Shown here in pieces: positions 13,841-26,536 of a DNA stretch of 64,000 nt. How positions within the stretch are numbered: the stretch's first letter is position 1; every line of letters starts with the position of its first letter. Both the position numbers and the translations under genes were made by a program. A model generated the notes under the pieces. The model was not told the DNA's origin, made no database searches, and saw only the letters and a list, made by a program, of their open reading frames with translations. Origin of the DNA: Epiperipatus broadwayi (lineage: Eukaryota; Animalia; Onychophora); the NCBI GenBank assembly GCA_028023455.1, contig JAQFVV010000010.1, positions 16,244,001-16,308,000 on the forward strand, read 5' to 3'.

Positions 13841-14587
13841 GACATTTGTAATGTTCGATAATTATAAACTATCAGAAAATATACAAGGCATTTGTGCTAT
13901 TGTATTCAAATCTGTAATGTTTCAATCAGAAATATGTTCTAATAGTTATAAAAATGATGGTTTTTTGTGAAATTTAGAAAGTGTGCAAAGTATTTCTGAA
14001 AATAGTTGAAATAAATTTTATAAATAGCTTTATAAAAAAAAATTATAGATTTAAAACTTGGAATTGTTTAAATTAGAACTAATTTATTTTTTTATTAAAC
14101 ATATTATTTTTTTATTAAACATATTGCAATGTTCTAATAATTATAAAAAAATTTTGTTTATGAACTTCATAATGGATTTGATCTGCATACTACCTGTCAA
14201 AATAATACGCATATAAATAATAATTAGAAGGAATTGTTTGAATTTCATTTGTGAACCTAGTTTTTCTGAAAGCCTTACAAATGACAATGAAATTTAAATT
14301 GGTTAAACAGTTGATCAGTCAGGATATATTACTATAAAATTTACAAAATGTAATCAATATATTTTTTTAATAGATGATTTGTTTCTTTAATCATGTGCTG
14401 TCTTTATCTGTCCTAACCCAATTCATTAAACAGAACAAACAAATGTAATTTTTATAAAATTCACTAAGTAAAAGAAATTAATAGCTTAATAGCTCTCCTC
14501 CTAAATGAGGATTATCTTGAAAGAATGATCCATATAGTCTAATTTTCTTCATACAATGCACTTATTACTAGTATCTTTTGTGGAGGT

Positions 14588-14684
14588 GTAGACTAAGTAA
14601 ATTTTTTGCATGTTAGATGAAATGAATTGGAAAGTGTTAAGGAATAAAATTCATCTAATATGCAAAAAATTTTACTTAGTCTAC
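14588..14684. repeat. Near-perfect inverted repeat (~34-bp arms)
   Basis: gtagactaagtaaattttttgcatgttagatgaa / ttcatctaatatgcaaaaaatttttacttagtctac. Confidence 0.85.
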
Positions 14685-14699
14685 GTCAACTAAAACATT

Positions 14700-15690
14700 G
14701 AAGCTAGGTCTTCCTCATAAAAATTTTTGAAACCAGAATCAATATATAATTCAAAGAACTCTTCACTGACCTGCACTTTGAATTCCAAATGATAAAGTAT
14801 CTTTCAGTTTATTATAAAGAATACAAGTATTCAAAAATATTTAGACAATCATAATGTTATTATATAATGACATAGTACAATTCATATCACATTTTCATCA
14901 GCTTTTGTCACTACCACTTGTGATAGTGTACTCATGAATGATACTCAAAAAGCAAACTTTTTTTGTCTTGCTACTTCAAGATCATAACCATTTCATATTA
15001 AAAAGTCCTACCGTCATTTTTCAGCTTTTTATTTTAGTTGGCAAACGCTTTTTTTTGATATTGTTAATGTCATAAATGTCTTCTTGTTCTTGTGTGAATA
15101 GATCTGCACAATCTAATAGCATATAATTCTTAACTAATTATAATTACACAATAATCTTAACCCAAATAAATATTTAATGACATTATTAGTAATTAGAAAA
15201 AGGTTCATTCTTTTCCGGCTTTTTATTTTAGTGTGCAAACGCTTTTTTTTGATATTGTTAATGCCATAAATGTCTTCTTGTTCTTGTGTGAATCGATCTG
15301 CACAATCTAATAGCATATAATTCTTAACTAATTATAATTACACAATAATCTTAACCCAAATAAATATTTAATGATATTATTAGTAGTTAGAAAAAGGTTC
15401 ATTCTTTTCCGGTATACAAAAGAAACTTGCAGACTTAACTTACTAATGACAAAAAAATTTAAACCAAAATAGGTCTTTTTTTTTTAAGGTACATTTTCTA
15501 TGATAGTTGCTTTTTGTAAAACGTTAAGCTTTCATCCATTAATATTTCTGGAATGTATAAAGTACTAGATTGTTTCTCAAATGCTTTATTACTTCTTAAA
15601 ACTTTTTAGGATTTAAATCTTTTTTAATTATGGTTTCAGAAGAAAAACCTGTGAAATAATATCTTTTGGACTTTAGATGGATGTCATTTT
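14700..15690 (-). pseudogene. piggyBac transposase remnant (catalytic core)
   Basis: Minus-strand fragments IPEILMDESLTFYKK, FLLYTGK, YGINNIKKKRLP, LK*QDKKVCFLSIIH and YNNIM match piggyBac motifs (IDESM, Y.GK, GT+R.NRKGLP, KW.DKK.V.+LST.H, YN..M.GVD) in order. Confidence 0.75.
15025..15412. repeat. ~194-bp tandem duplication inside the piggyBac relic
   Basis: 15025-15218 is repeated nearly identically at 15219-15412. Confidence 0.9.
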
Positions 15691-15698
15691 TTTAATCC

Positions 15699-18180
15699 TT
15701 TTTTTTTCAATGATGAAATGTTTATTCATAAAAATAAGAAAACAGATACAGTAAAATAAATGAAATTACAGGAGCAACGTGGTAAGAGGGGAAGGATACA
15801 TGTAAAAAGGGAAGTGGAGAGGGGATATGGTGGGTAATCCAGGCCGATCAGAAATGCATGTCTTCATGATTGAGTCCTATGACAGAGGCTGTGAGGATGG
15901 GAGTTGGAGGATTGTCCAATGTCTGTGAGGAGTGGAGGTGGGGCTAGTTTGGTATCTTGGGTTTTGAGAGTGCGAATTAGGTCCTAGAGCTTTTGATTGA
16001 TTGAATGTACTCTCTGGTCAAGGATAATGGCACATTGGAGCAACCAGAGAGCACAGATGAGAAAAACTGATAGTCTAATAGCTGCAAAGAGTCCTGTTTC
16101 TGTGGATTCTTGGAGGTTGAAGATGGTATTCCTGTGCGAAGAAATGCAGGAGTTGATGACTTCTCACGCCAAGCAGAAAAGGACATATAAGTAGGAAGTG
16201 CTGGAGAGTTTCATTGTCAGTTTTACAGAGCTGGCATATGGGAGAGATCTTGGTGAAACCTCTACGGTTGACCAAAATTGATTTGTGGGGAGGGAAGATT
16301 GATTTTGAGGAGGAAATTGAGGAATTTTGCCTCAAGGAACCATTTTTGATTTTGCGGATTAATTGAGCATTGGTAAGTTCGAGGAATATAGGGGACACAG
16401 TGGAGAAGTCTGTGGTCTGATTGGAAACATCCCAGTACTTTAGTTTGCTGCTGATGGATGGTATAACAAAGCCAGCTTTTTGTAGGATGTTGGCAATGAG
16501 TGAGGTCCATGACCTAGGCCTGCCATTGGGAGGAGTGTCGGTGGGTGTGATAATGATATGCACAAGATTGGCAGGAAAGTGACTTAGGAGTGTGAGGATA
16601 ATGTTGTGAGATCTTTGGATCAGAAGAGTGTCGATGGAGTGCAGGCCCAACCCATTGAGGTTTTTAGGAAAACCAAGTTCTTTTTAGGCTGATGGCCCCA
16701 TCTTTCTGGCCCAGAGAAAACGGGTGCAAAGGGAATTGATTTTGCATATAATGGAATGTGTAGGTAGAACAATGGGGAGATAGTATGCTATTTTAGGAAA
16801 CACTAGAAGATTGAGGAGGGTGACTTAGGAAACACTAGAAGATTGAGGAGGGTGACTTTCTTATAAAGGGAGAGGTGGATGCTAACTGTGGGTGGATGAT
16901 ATGCTTTGATAGTGTGGTTTGGACTCATACTCATGTCCCTAGGAGACGGCATGAAGGGGAATCCGAGGAAGTTGTATGGCTTGGCATTGAAGGTGGAAGA
17001 GATTTGTTTACCGGTTGAAAGTTGCCAGGCCGCTGATTTATCACTGCTAAATTCCAGCCTGTATGTTTTGGAGTACCAGGTGAGGATCTATTAAGCCTGG
17101 GGATGAGATCAACTGAGGGAAGCAAGACAACCACATCATCTACATAAGCAAGGTATTTGATGCTTTTGCTCAGTGCAGGATGAAAATGCCAGGGAGGTCA
17201 TGTTTTAGCCTGAGCAAGAGGGGATTCAGAAATGTGGTGAACAACAAAGTGTTCAGCAGAGAGCCCTGAGGGATGGATATGTTGGGTGTGAAGCCAGGGG
17301 CAACTTTCCCATCCAGGGTAACTAGGATTTCTCTGTTGGATAGGAGATTGTGGAGGATGGACAGAAGGGTCTCTGGGACATTCAGGTTTCTGAGGTCACC
17401 AAGGAGCAGGTTGACCCTAACAGAGTCAAAGGTTGCCTGGATATTTGTTGGACAACAATGGGCCTGCCATTTCGAGACCGCCTTACGTACTCGGTGGTCA
17501 TCTTAAAGAGTGGCAGCTCCAAGAGTGGAGCGCCCCTTACAAGCAAACTGTGGCAGAAAGGGCAGGGAGTATAAATTGTTCTAGTGACTCTTTAATGGTA
17601 GACTCAATAAGTTTTATGAGCAGAAGGGTCATCGAAATGGGCCTAAGACTTGAGCTCAGTAGGTGGCCAATCTTTCTTAAGGAAGGAGACTATTGTTACC
17701 AGATAGAGACCCTCGATGATGTAAGCACCTGAGGCCAGCTTGTTGATCATGTTGAGAGTATTGGGGATGGTGAATTGACTTAAGTGGAGAAGGATAAACT
17801 TGGGGATACTATGAGCACCAGGGTGGACATGGTCAGGAAAACTTTTCAGTTTGTTAAGTAGCATGGCCTGGGTGATTGCAGGATCAGAGCTGACATTCAA
17901 GGTTGATGGCATAGTGAAAGGAGGGATGCCAGCTTTGAGAAGCATGTGCTTGTAATGGTTTCTCAAATGAAGGAGCAATTCCTGACTTATGTAGGATTCG
18001 TTGCTGATCGTGATGGATGAGGGGGTGCTTTTCTTTTTGTGGGAACCAAGAGCCCACCCCAGGTAACTTCTGGTCCAACAATGCTGATTTCCCATGTACC
18101 TCTGGGTGCATTTGACGAGATGTACTCAGCCAAGGCTTTTTGAGCATCGCGGTATTGAAGTTTCAGTTGGATGATTCTGG
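15699..18180 (-). mobile_element. 5'-truncated L1/Tx1-type LINE (RT, C-terminal zinc knuckle, AATAAA, poly(A))
   Basis: Across frameshifts: PGAHSIP, LRPISMTLLLIKL, ATFDSV, PQGSLLNTLLF, YLAYVDD (17135-17146), YNFLG, PKNLNGLGL, CQLCKTDNETLQHFLLICP. AATAAA (15721-15726) lies 13 nt before an A9 tail (15699-15707). 32-bp tandem duplication at 16793-16856. Markedly GC-richer than the flanks. Confidence 0.92.
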
Positions 18181-19240
18181 AATAATCTTTTAAATATGTT
18201 CTTTCAAATATGTTTGTCAGCAAAAACAGTTGTTTTACTTATAAATATTTTCAGCATTTTCTCATGAATTAAAAAAAATATGGCATCTGGAACCATTGTT
18301 CAAATCATGCCTGGTATAGTTTTAAAGGGACATCTTGAGAATGATGGAATATCATTCATGTTCACTTCGTTTCATATTTAGCATCTTCAATTACATGTTC
18401 AACTTCATCATTTAATAAACTCATTCTTACTGCTGGTCATCAGTTGAGCTTTTATCATTATTGACTACTGAAAAATAGTTCATACTGTGTTAGTTATCAA
18501 AGCAATAGTGGCTAGGCCTAACTCTGACTAAGAAATGATGCCATTCTTTGTTTTTATATGTATACTTTTGATATCTTTATTGTCTTCTATATCTTTTCTT
18601 GCCAACTCCATTATATTTTTGTATATCATCATTAACTCTTTTTTTATACTATTTTACAGAATCCAGATAATCAATGCTTAGTAGATCATTTTAAAATATT
18701 TTTATATATTTTTTTTTTTTCATATTTATCTTTTCTCAGTTGAAAATTAATTGATGAATTGCTTTCTTACATCTGTTATCTGTGTTAATTAATGTATCAG
18801 TTATTTTCTTATTGATCTCAGTCAATTCTGAAACATTCTCAAAATATATTTTAGAACTTTAAAATTCATTGGAATGTTTTTAAAGGTTAAAGATCAACTT
18901 TTACTACTGTATTTTTTAATAGCTTTATTCTCGTTTTTCATCAACACATATCTTAATCTCATTAGTTGACCATAACTTTCTGATCTTGAAATACATATTC
19001 TGATTAATCAAAATATTCATTTCTGTTATAGCTTCATTTGAATGCTTCTGTGTCCTTTTCTGTTCAGCATTTTTCCAAAGAATGAATTTATGATAGTCAT
19101 TTCTCTTCTTCTAGAAATTCCACAAAGATTTTCTTTTAGAAATTCCACAAATCTTTGTCTTCACTCATTTCTGTCACCATAGGCAAATTTACCCACAGTA
19201 CTGTCAATCATGTTCCAATTTAGAATTAAAGACTTCTATG
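18180..19240 (-). mobile_element. RTE LINE remnant (endonuclease end to RT start)
   Basis: IDSTVGKFAYGDRNE*RQRFVEF (RTE APE motif), LLNDEVEHVI, NDIP, TNIFERTYLK. Confidence 0.7.
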
Positions 19241-21034
19241 ATAATTTTAAAATATTTGGTGTGATCAAAAACATTTTACACATCTAACTAAAAATCCTCT
19301 TTCTTCATCACAATGAGAATTTGTTGGAGTGTAAAATTATATGCATTGATATTTTTTATTAAATTGAATAATTAAGAATATATGTCAAAAGATTATCCAG
19401 CAATAAGGTAGTCTCTGATGAGCAATGTCTTTTCTTTTTTATAAGACTGTTGAAGAAGACTTTGTTCTGGAGTGGTTCTATTATCAAAATTGATAAATAA
19501 AAAACCTAGTTGTAATTGTTAAATAAATAGGAACATACAGTATTTTAAAATTACTTTTAATACATGTTTCCAAAATCAATTCTCTTCAACTTACTAAAAT
19601 AGAATGAAAAGAACTGTTGTTGGAAGTAATTGTGAAATGTCAATTTATTTATTTTTTGATAATTTTTTTTTTTTTTATGAAATATATTTTTCTGAAAACT
19701 TTTCTACCCTGTATTTGTATATTTCCAAAATTGTAAATATTTTTAAAGTTAATGTTTTTTCTCTTATCATTTAGAAATATAGAGAATATGTTTTAATATT
19801 TCTATATAACATTTATAATGGTAGGGAAATTCTGTATGAAAATTAAGAAGAAATTGTAAGATAAGAAGAAGAAATCACAGGGACTGAAATATGTAGCCGA
19901 TTAAGAAAACAGCTAATTGAAATTAACTTTTATAAAAAATATTACTACAATGATTAGATTTTAGATAATAATAAAATAGAAATGTGATCTTTTTTGCCTT
20001 TTAGATAAGATTATAAATCAAAGTTTTCTAATGAAACATAAAATGAAAGTAGCATGGAGACTAATAGTATAATAAAAAAAATTGAAATCATATTTATTGC
20101 CTCTTATTCATTGTCCTTGCTGATGAAAGAAGAGGGTTATTAAAAATAAATACTTGTTTTGTTGCTTTTTATTATCAGTATTGTGCCGGTCAGATTTGTA
20201 TGTTCACATAACAAGATATAGCTTCTAGGCAAAAGTACCTCGAATCCAATCGTGCGCAAGATACACAGGTCAGGAACACTCATGAATTCTGCCCTATTTG
20301 CCTATTTCCAGATCTATAACATTATGAGCAACAATCCCGATGACATCGATTAATTTACTTCTCACCCGCCGGCATCGATCATCGGAGACACAAAAAACCT
20401 CTAGGCTAAGCTTATGATAGAATAACTTAATAACTAGCTATATTTATGAGCAATGAAGGCTCGTGACCTAGCATATTAATTATGTATTGAGCGGAGATCA
20501 TCTAGTCATATTTAGCATAAGTAATAACTTAATATTTTAACTTAACTAAAGGAAAGCAATGGTTCGAGTTTGATATATATATATATTTAAGATTTATTAA
20601 TAACAAAATTATGTCGGGTTATTTACCTGACATAAGCCTCGTACGTATTATACATATGTGTTTGATTCATATTTAACGATAACATAAGATTTGCGGCTAT
20701 GCCAATAATATATGTGAATTAATGAATAAGCGCTATTAGAATACATTACTGGAATACTATTACACCCCCAGAGACTAAAAGAGTATCTAATTAATTTAAA
20801 CAATAATTTTATAAGCAGATATTACATTTGGTTACATTCAATATGATTATTAATTTGGAGTTATAGATAATTAATGCGCGGGATGGGTAATGAATAATTA
20901 TATAAACGATACTAAATCTATCGCATTAATACGTATATTAAACTAATGGAAATATGTCTGTTTAAAGAAATCATCTTATTACGGCTTATGACTATTTCTG
21001 GGCGACTAATAAGACACTGAAAGGCGGTGCGAGC

Positions 21035-21376
21035 ATGGCGGCTGATTGGGTTGGTCCAATTATGGATCCTGGAGTGTGCTTCATGAATTTTAAGAATGAA
21101 ATTGACCGATTTCCTCTGCAACATAGGCAGGGTCGGTATTGAGACGAAGGGCGGCCGGCTATGTCATTATCGGGCTGGTTTTTCCAGAGCGATCCCTGTA
21201 TAAAGCATGCTCGTAAGACTGTGGATGTCCTCCAGGTGGTTTTTACAGCCTGGTTTAAGGACAGTGAGAACGACGATGGGGCTCGACTGTGCGATGACCT
21301 CCATATGAGAGAGAAGCACGAACATATACAAAACGAAATGGCCTTTAAGCACGAAACGCCTAATAATATAAGATAA
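21035..21376 (+). pseudogene. Family X ORF1 (copy B): 114 codons with a single internal TGA
   Basis: MAADWVGPIMDPGVCFMNFKNEIDRFPLQHRQGRY*DEGRPAMSLSGWFFQSDPCIK...PNNIR*; TGA at 21140-21142; TATAAA ~135 nt upstream. Confidence 0.45.
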
Positions 21377-22209
21377 ACATAATTCTAAGGATTAAAGATT
21401 ATCGAAACATTTATTGCCCATAAATTATGAAATATTCGGTGTAATGATATGGCTTCATTAAGCAAACATGGGTAATAATAATACTTAATTATAAAACTAA
21501 GATCTCAAGATCCCCCCTCCCCTTACATTATGTTACTTAATATTATTCATTACTTTTTACACATTTAATAAATCTCAATTTTGATTAATCAATGCCCTTG
21601 TGAAAATATATAAATTATTACAAAATAAGTGGGTGGTGGTTTTAGCTAAGATGGGTTTTACATATATAATATAATTTAAGAATAAAAGATAGCGCATTAT
21701 TTAGGAAGGAGAATGTGAAAAACAGATGTCAAATCTGTTTTTCTACAGTAAACATGAAAAATGTAATTAGTTTATTTATCTAAAATCGCGAGCACCTGGG
21801 CAAGCCGAATAAGACTTGTTTTGATCAAATTATAAATTATTTACCCAGTAAATGATGGGTGAGGAAACGAAAATGAATTATACGCTGGCGATTTTAGAAT
21901 ACTATTGGCATTTATTGGGTGAGGAAACGAAAATGAATTATACGCTGGCGATTTTAGAATACTATTGGCATTTATTTTAAAATATAAATACATAAATGTA
22001 AATGAAAATTGTTTGCCGCTTGGAATTAAAAGAAAAGGAAAAAACATTTTATAGGAGGCTTAATATAGATTAGTTATATAGAGTTATAGAATACATATTT
22101 GAAGACATTTAATATAGATGATTTAAAATATAAATATTACAGAGAAGGCAGGATTTAGGAATTATAAACGGTCAAAGTTCTTTTACCTTGCTTATTTGGA
22201 AGAACGATT

Positions 22210-22416
22210 TCATTAGGAGTCAGTCCATCGGTATTGTTTCTCTAGATCTAGGGTAGCATTATTATTTGAGAGATAGCATTTCATTTTCACTGGAAAATAT
22301 CTAAAGTTCATTAGTACGGGATGCAGAGCTTTGTTCATGCGAACAGCATATTAGAACGGAGGGACAAGGCGAAATTTCCTACTCACGACACATTGAGTGA
22401 GAATTAAAACTGGCAT
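22210..22416 (-). pseudogene. Family X ORF2 remnant (copy B)
   Basis: MPVLIL..PPF*..HPVLMNFRYFPVKMKCYLS..; LMN and CYL shared with copies A/C. Confidence 0.35.
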
Positions 22417-23369
22417 GGAATATGTATCGCAACATAGTTATTTAATGGCCTTCTCCTCTGTGGATTCAAATCCAGCAGTATATATACTTTTTATTTGAAT
22501 CTGTAACTTAGCAACTACTGCTGGACCTGAGGCGTTTAAGCACTTAAGTTTCATTTGGAATAGTTTGACCAGATACTCTTATCTAGTAAGATGTTTGAAA
22601 CAATGCAAGTTTGTTATCAGTTTCTCGAACGATTGTTTTCTTATGATTTTAAAACAAGCTAGCGTGGACAATTTCCACTAATGGGTTTATTTTATTATTA
22701 CCAATTCGTAATCTTTTACTTTAATCTAAGGGGTCTTCCGGGTAATTGTTTTTCGAGAGACTATCTAACAAGATTGCATCATTTCTGGCTACAAAATTAT
22801 ATATGAAAAAATAATTTTCATATATAATACCTTATACATATAATATAACTATTAATTTAGTCACAATCTCCCACACTGAAATATGCATATATATTTATTA
22901 TTTACGCCCGCATACACATGAGAATATTATTATTAAATAAAATATTTTTAAATTAAAATACATACGTGTACATTATTTATGTTATAATACTGAGCAAAGA
23001 AATATATATATTAATAGCTATGTATATACATGGGTAAAGGTGGGTTTGAATACGGTTAGATGGTAGGAGATTGGATGTGGGCTGTGAGGCAGGATCTGAG
23101 CATCAGATCTGCTTCAGTATAGTATTTAATAACAATTTTTTATATTATTAAAACTTAAATAATCCTTATTAAATTTATGTTATGATTGTCTTTGAGTCAT
23201 CTATAATTATTTTAAATAATTTGATTTTATTTAGTTTTTTTATTTATAGTTTTTTTTAATTTTATTTAGGGTATATATTGAGTGATTATTGCTGTGTTTA
23301 CAGATTTTTATTATAAAGCCATTGTACAATGACTTACATATAAATTATATTTAGTGTTTTCCTGAAGAT

Positions 23370-23920
23370 TTGTGATGATGATATTTTAGCTGTTGGATTA
23401 TTTCCATCATATAATATAAGTATTATGTGAATAATTTAACTTTATTTAAATATTCCAAGTACATTCAACTGTTAGTAATAGCACACAAGTTAGTATATGC
23501 ACAATGTTTTTGAGATGTCTTATTCTCTTCTACAGGCATTGCTGACTTGACCAATGACAGTACTAGCATGGGAATCAAACTTGGACCCTTAGATTCTTAA
23601 ATATTGATTTTTTAAAGTAATGCTTTAACCAACTGGCTCTAACCAACAAGGTGGCTCAGTTGGTTAAAGCATTACCTTAAAAAATTTAATATTCAAGAAT
23701 TTTAAGGATCCACGTTCTATTCCCATGCTAGTACTGTCATTGATCAGAACCAGTAACACCTGAAGAAAAGGGGAGAATAATAATACCTTGAAACGTGCAT
23801 ATATAAACCTATGTTCTATTACTGACAATTGAATGTATTTGGAATATTTAAATAAAGTTAAATTTTTCTAAAGACATTCAATACTTATATTAGATAACGG
23901 AAATAGTCTAATATATAAAT
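23370..23920. mobile_element. Head-to-head pair of the tRNA-headed, hammerhead-like repeat
   Basis: Minus copy ~23370-23640 and plus copy ~23645-23920. Plus copy: GTGGCTCAGTTGGTTAAAGC (tRNA D-arm/A-box), gttctattccc (B-box-like), CTGAAGA (23760-23766)..aagg..cctt-GAAA (23790-23793). Confidence 0.65.
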
Positions 23921-23960
23921 ACAAGTAATGGTATTATAATAATAGGTATAGCCTCTAGAT

Positions 23961-25599
23961 CAGTGGTCTTACCTGTGGACCGGTAAAAATAAGGATAAGA
24001 TTTCACGGACCGGCAGAAGTTTACAGATAAATTTTCTTAAAGATGTAACCTGCTTAGCCTTAGTTAAGCATAATTTTATAACTGACCAAAACAGCATACT
24101 AGTTATTGTGTTTTGTAATGGTGTTGCTTTCCTTCACATACTGAACACTCTTTCTCGAGTTGTGCAATCATACTGCTACAGAAAACAGTACAATAACAAT
24201 TATTCTCATTAATGTGCTTGCATTTTACGTTTATTATTTCATTGTTAAAACATGCAAGAATAAAATGTTATTCAACTGAATGTTGAAAAAGTCAAAAGTT
24301 TTGATCTTATTTCATTTTTTGGGGGGAGAAATACTTTATCATCACTGAGACAAAAGATAGACACCAAAGTTATTTTTTGTTTGTTTTTATTTTTAAAAAA
24401 AGTTAACAGAAATTGGGTTTTAAAAATAAAAGTTTTAGTATTTTAGCGGTATACAAATTAAGCCCCCAAAAATATCATCTTATAGGCCAGAAAAAAGTGG
24501 GCGTGGTATACAAATAAAGCCCCCAAAATTATCGCCTTATAGGCCAGAAAAAAGTGGGCGTATTTTTAAATAAAAAAAAAGAAAACGAAACTTGAAAAAG
24601 TCAGAAGTTTTGATCTTACTTTATTTTGGGGTGGTGGGGGTGTATTGAGAAATACTTTTTAAAAGTTAGAGGCAGAACTTATTTTTTCGTTTTTATTTTT
24701 AAAAAAAAGTAATAAAAATTGATTTCAAAAATAAAAGTTAAAGCCAAAAAAGATCTTATTTTAATTTTTTTGGGGGAAGTGGGTTGAGAAATACTTTGTC
24801 TTCACTGAGACTATAATTATTTTTGGTTTGTTTTTATTTTTAAAAAAGGTAATAAAAATTGATTTTAAAAATAAAAGTTTTAATATATTAGCGGTATACA
24901 AAGGCAAAAAAGATATCACCTTATAGGCTAAAAAAAGTGGCTGTATTTTTAAACAAAATAAAAAACAAAACAAAACTGAAACTTGAAAAAGTCAAAAGTT
25001 TTGATCTTACTTTATTTTGGGGTGGTGGGGGTGTATTGAGAAATAGTTTGTAAAAGGTAGAGACAGAACTTCCTTTTGGTTTTTATTTTTAAAAAAAGGT
25101 AATAAAAATTGATTTCAAAAATAAATGTTAAAGCCAAAAAAAAAAAAAAAAAGAAAGAAAATCGCTGTATAGCCAAAAAAAAACCACTAAAAATGAAATA
25201 TTAAAAGAGAGAGTAGAAAAAATTTAAGAGATCAAAAAAAAGTCACGTTACATTTTATTGTTTTAACAACGCTGACAAGCGACAGTGATTGGCTATCAAA
25301 AGACAAACAGAGTTTGTATAATAAAAAACTTTTTTCAACCCCCCCCCCCCATAAACATCTGTGATAAATGAAAAACAAATTAATTTATGTATGATTGATT
25401 AGATTTTGTTTTTGTTCTGTTTCTTTTTTTTTTAATCGGGGAAAAATGTGATGAAAAAATAAATAAAAATTGTTTATACTAATTAAAAGTTTAAAATATT
25501 ATTTTGTTATTACAAACTTTCTTACCAGTCTAGCGGCAGACCGGAAGAAAACTTCTGTGGCCCGGTGCCGGTCCATGGACAGGTGGTTGAAGACCACTG
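23961..25599. mobile_element. Non-autonomous hAT (Charlie/Buster-type) element
   Basis: TIRs CAGTGGTCTT.. / ..AAGACCACTG, perfect 8-bp TSD CTCTAGAT (23953-23960 and 25600-25607) fitting the NTCTAGAN target of Charlie/Buster elements. Internal ~300-390-bp tandem units at ~24280-25150. Confidence 0.92.
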
Positions 25600-26200
25600 C
25601 TCTAGATGACATGATTTGATTACCAGAGGCTCACATAACATTCAATTGCAAAAATATTGAACTGAGCACAATAATTCTGTCCATTTAGCAACTTGAGATT
25701 TATTATTATTTTTTACTTAATTGATAATCTATTTGTGTTCATTATTCTACTATTACTAAATCACTCAAGGGATATCTACTTTCAAAAACAACATTAAATA
25801 ATGAAAACATTTTCTGAGAATAATGTCAGAAATGATTGTAAGCAAAACAACAAATCTTGAATTGTATTAGAAGAAAAATTATTTTAACATTGTAGCATAT
25901 GCCCACCTTTGTAATGATTTCCATAAAAGGTGGACAACAGGATAGATAAATTTATTCAATATGCAGCAATACACAAAACTTATTTGGTTTTTGGATAGAA
26001 TGGAGATATTAGATAATTAAGTATAACTGATTTAAAATACAGAATTATTGAAAATTATGTAAGTATAGAAAGTATTTTCTTTAATATGATAGGATAATAT
26101 AGTACTAATTTATTGCTATTTTTTAAAGTTAGTTTTTGTTACATCTGTAAATTTAAAGAGGTAATACTTTATGAAAGCTTTTTATTGTAAACTTAATTAG

Positions 26201-26276
26201 AATATGATTCTTGCCACAAACTTTGCATTTGGCAATAATTACATAATTTACAATGACATCATCTGTGCAACTTCTG
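26201..26276 (+). CDS. Candidate exon (NMILATNFAFGNNYIIYNDIICATS)
   Basis: ttaattag acceptor, G|gtatga donor, only one frame open. Confidence 0.25.
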
Positions 26277-26498
26277 GTATGAGATATCTTCAAGGAAACT
26301 GAACTGAGAGAGATCTAATTATAGTTTTATTATTTACTTAATATCTAATTTTTGAAATGTTTGTATTTCTTTTTTTAAAATAATGTTTGTGTGTATATAT
26401 ATGAATCACTAATAAAATAATCTATCAGTTTAATAAATAACTAAATATATTATTAAAAAAAAAAAACTAATACTAGAAATCATTCATGAAACCTATAG

Positions 26499-26536
26499 AA
26501 TTTATATTCAATCTTTGCTGTGTTGAAAATGGTCAT
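26499..26536 (+). CDS. Candidate exon (xFIFNLCCVENGH)
   Basis: AG..GT boundaries with a gtatgt donor; phase-compatible with both neighbouring candidates; weak acceptor. Confidence 0.2.

Larger units (their letters stand above)
20201..23134. mobile_element. Family X copy B (~2.93 kb)
   Basis: Same ends and block order as copy A and almost identical total length; 58-bp tandem duplication at ~21855-21975. Confidence 0.75.

Noticed and set aside
21167-21352. Secreted or venom peptide ORF (MLKGHFVLYMFVLL..)
   Set aside because: It is the antisense frame of family X ORF1. The hydrophobic start is not conserved in other copies, and third-position variation favours the plus strand.
23645-23730. Functional tRNA genes (also 6075, 54285, 58738)
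   Set aside because: Only A/B-box-like heads; no complete cloverleaf or acceptor stem.
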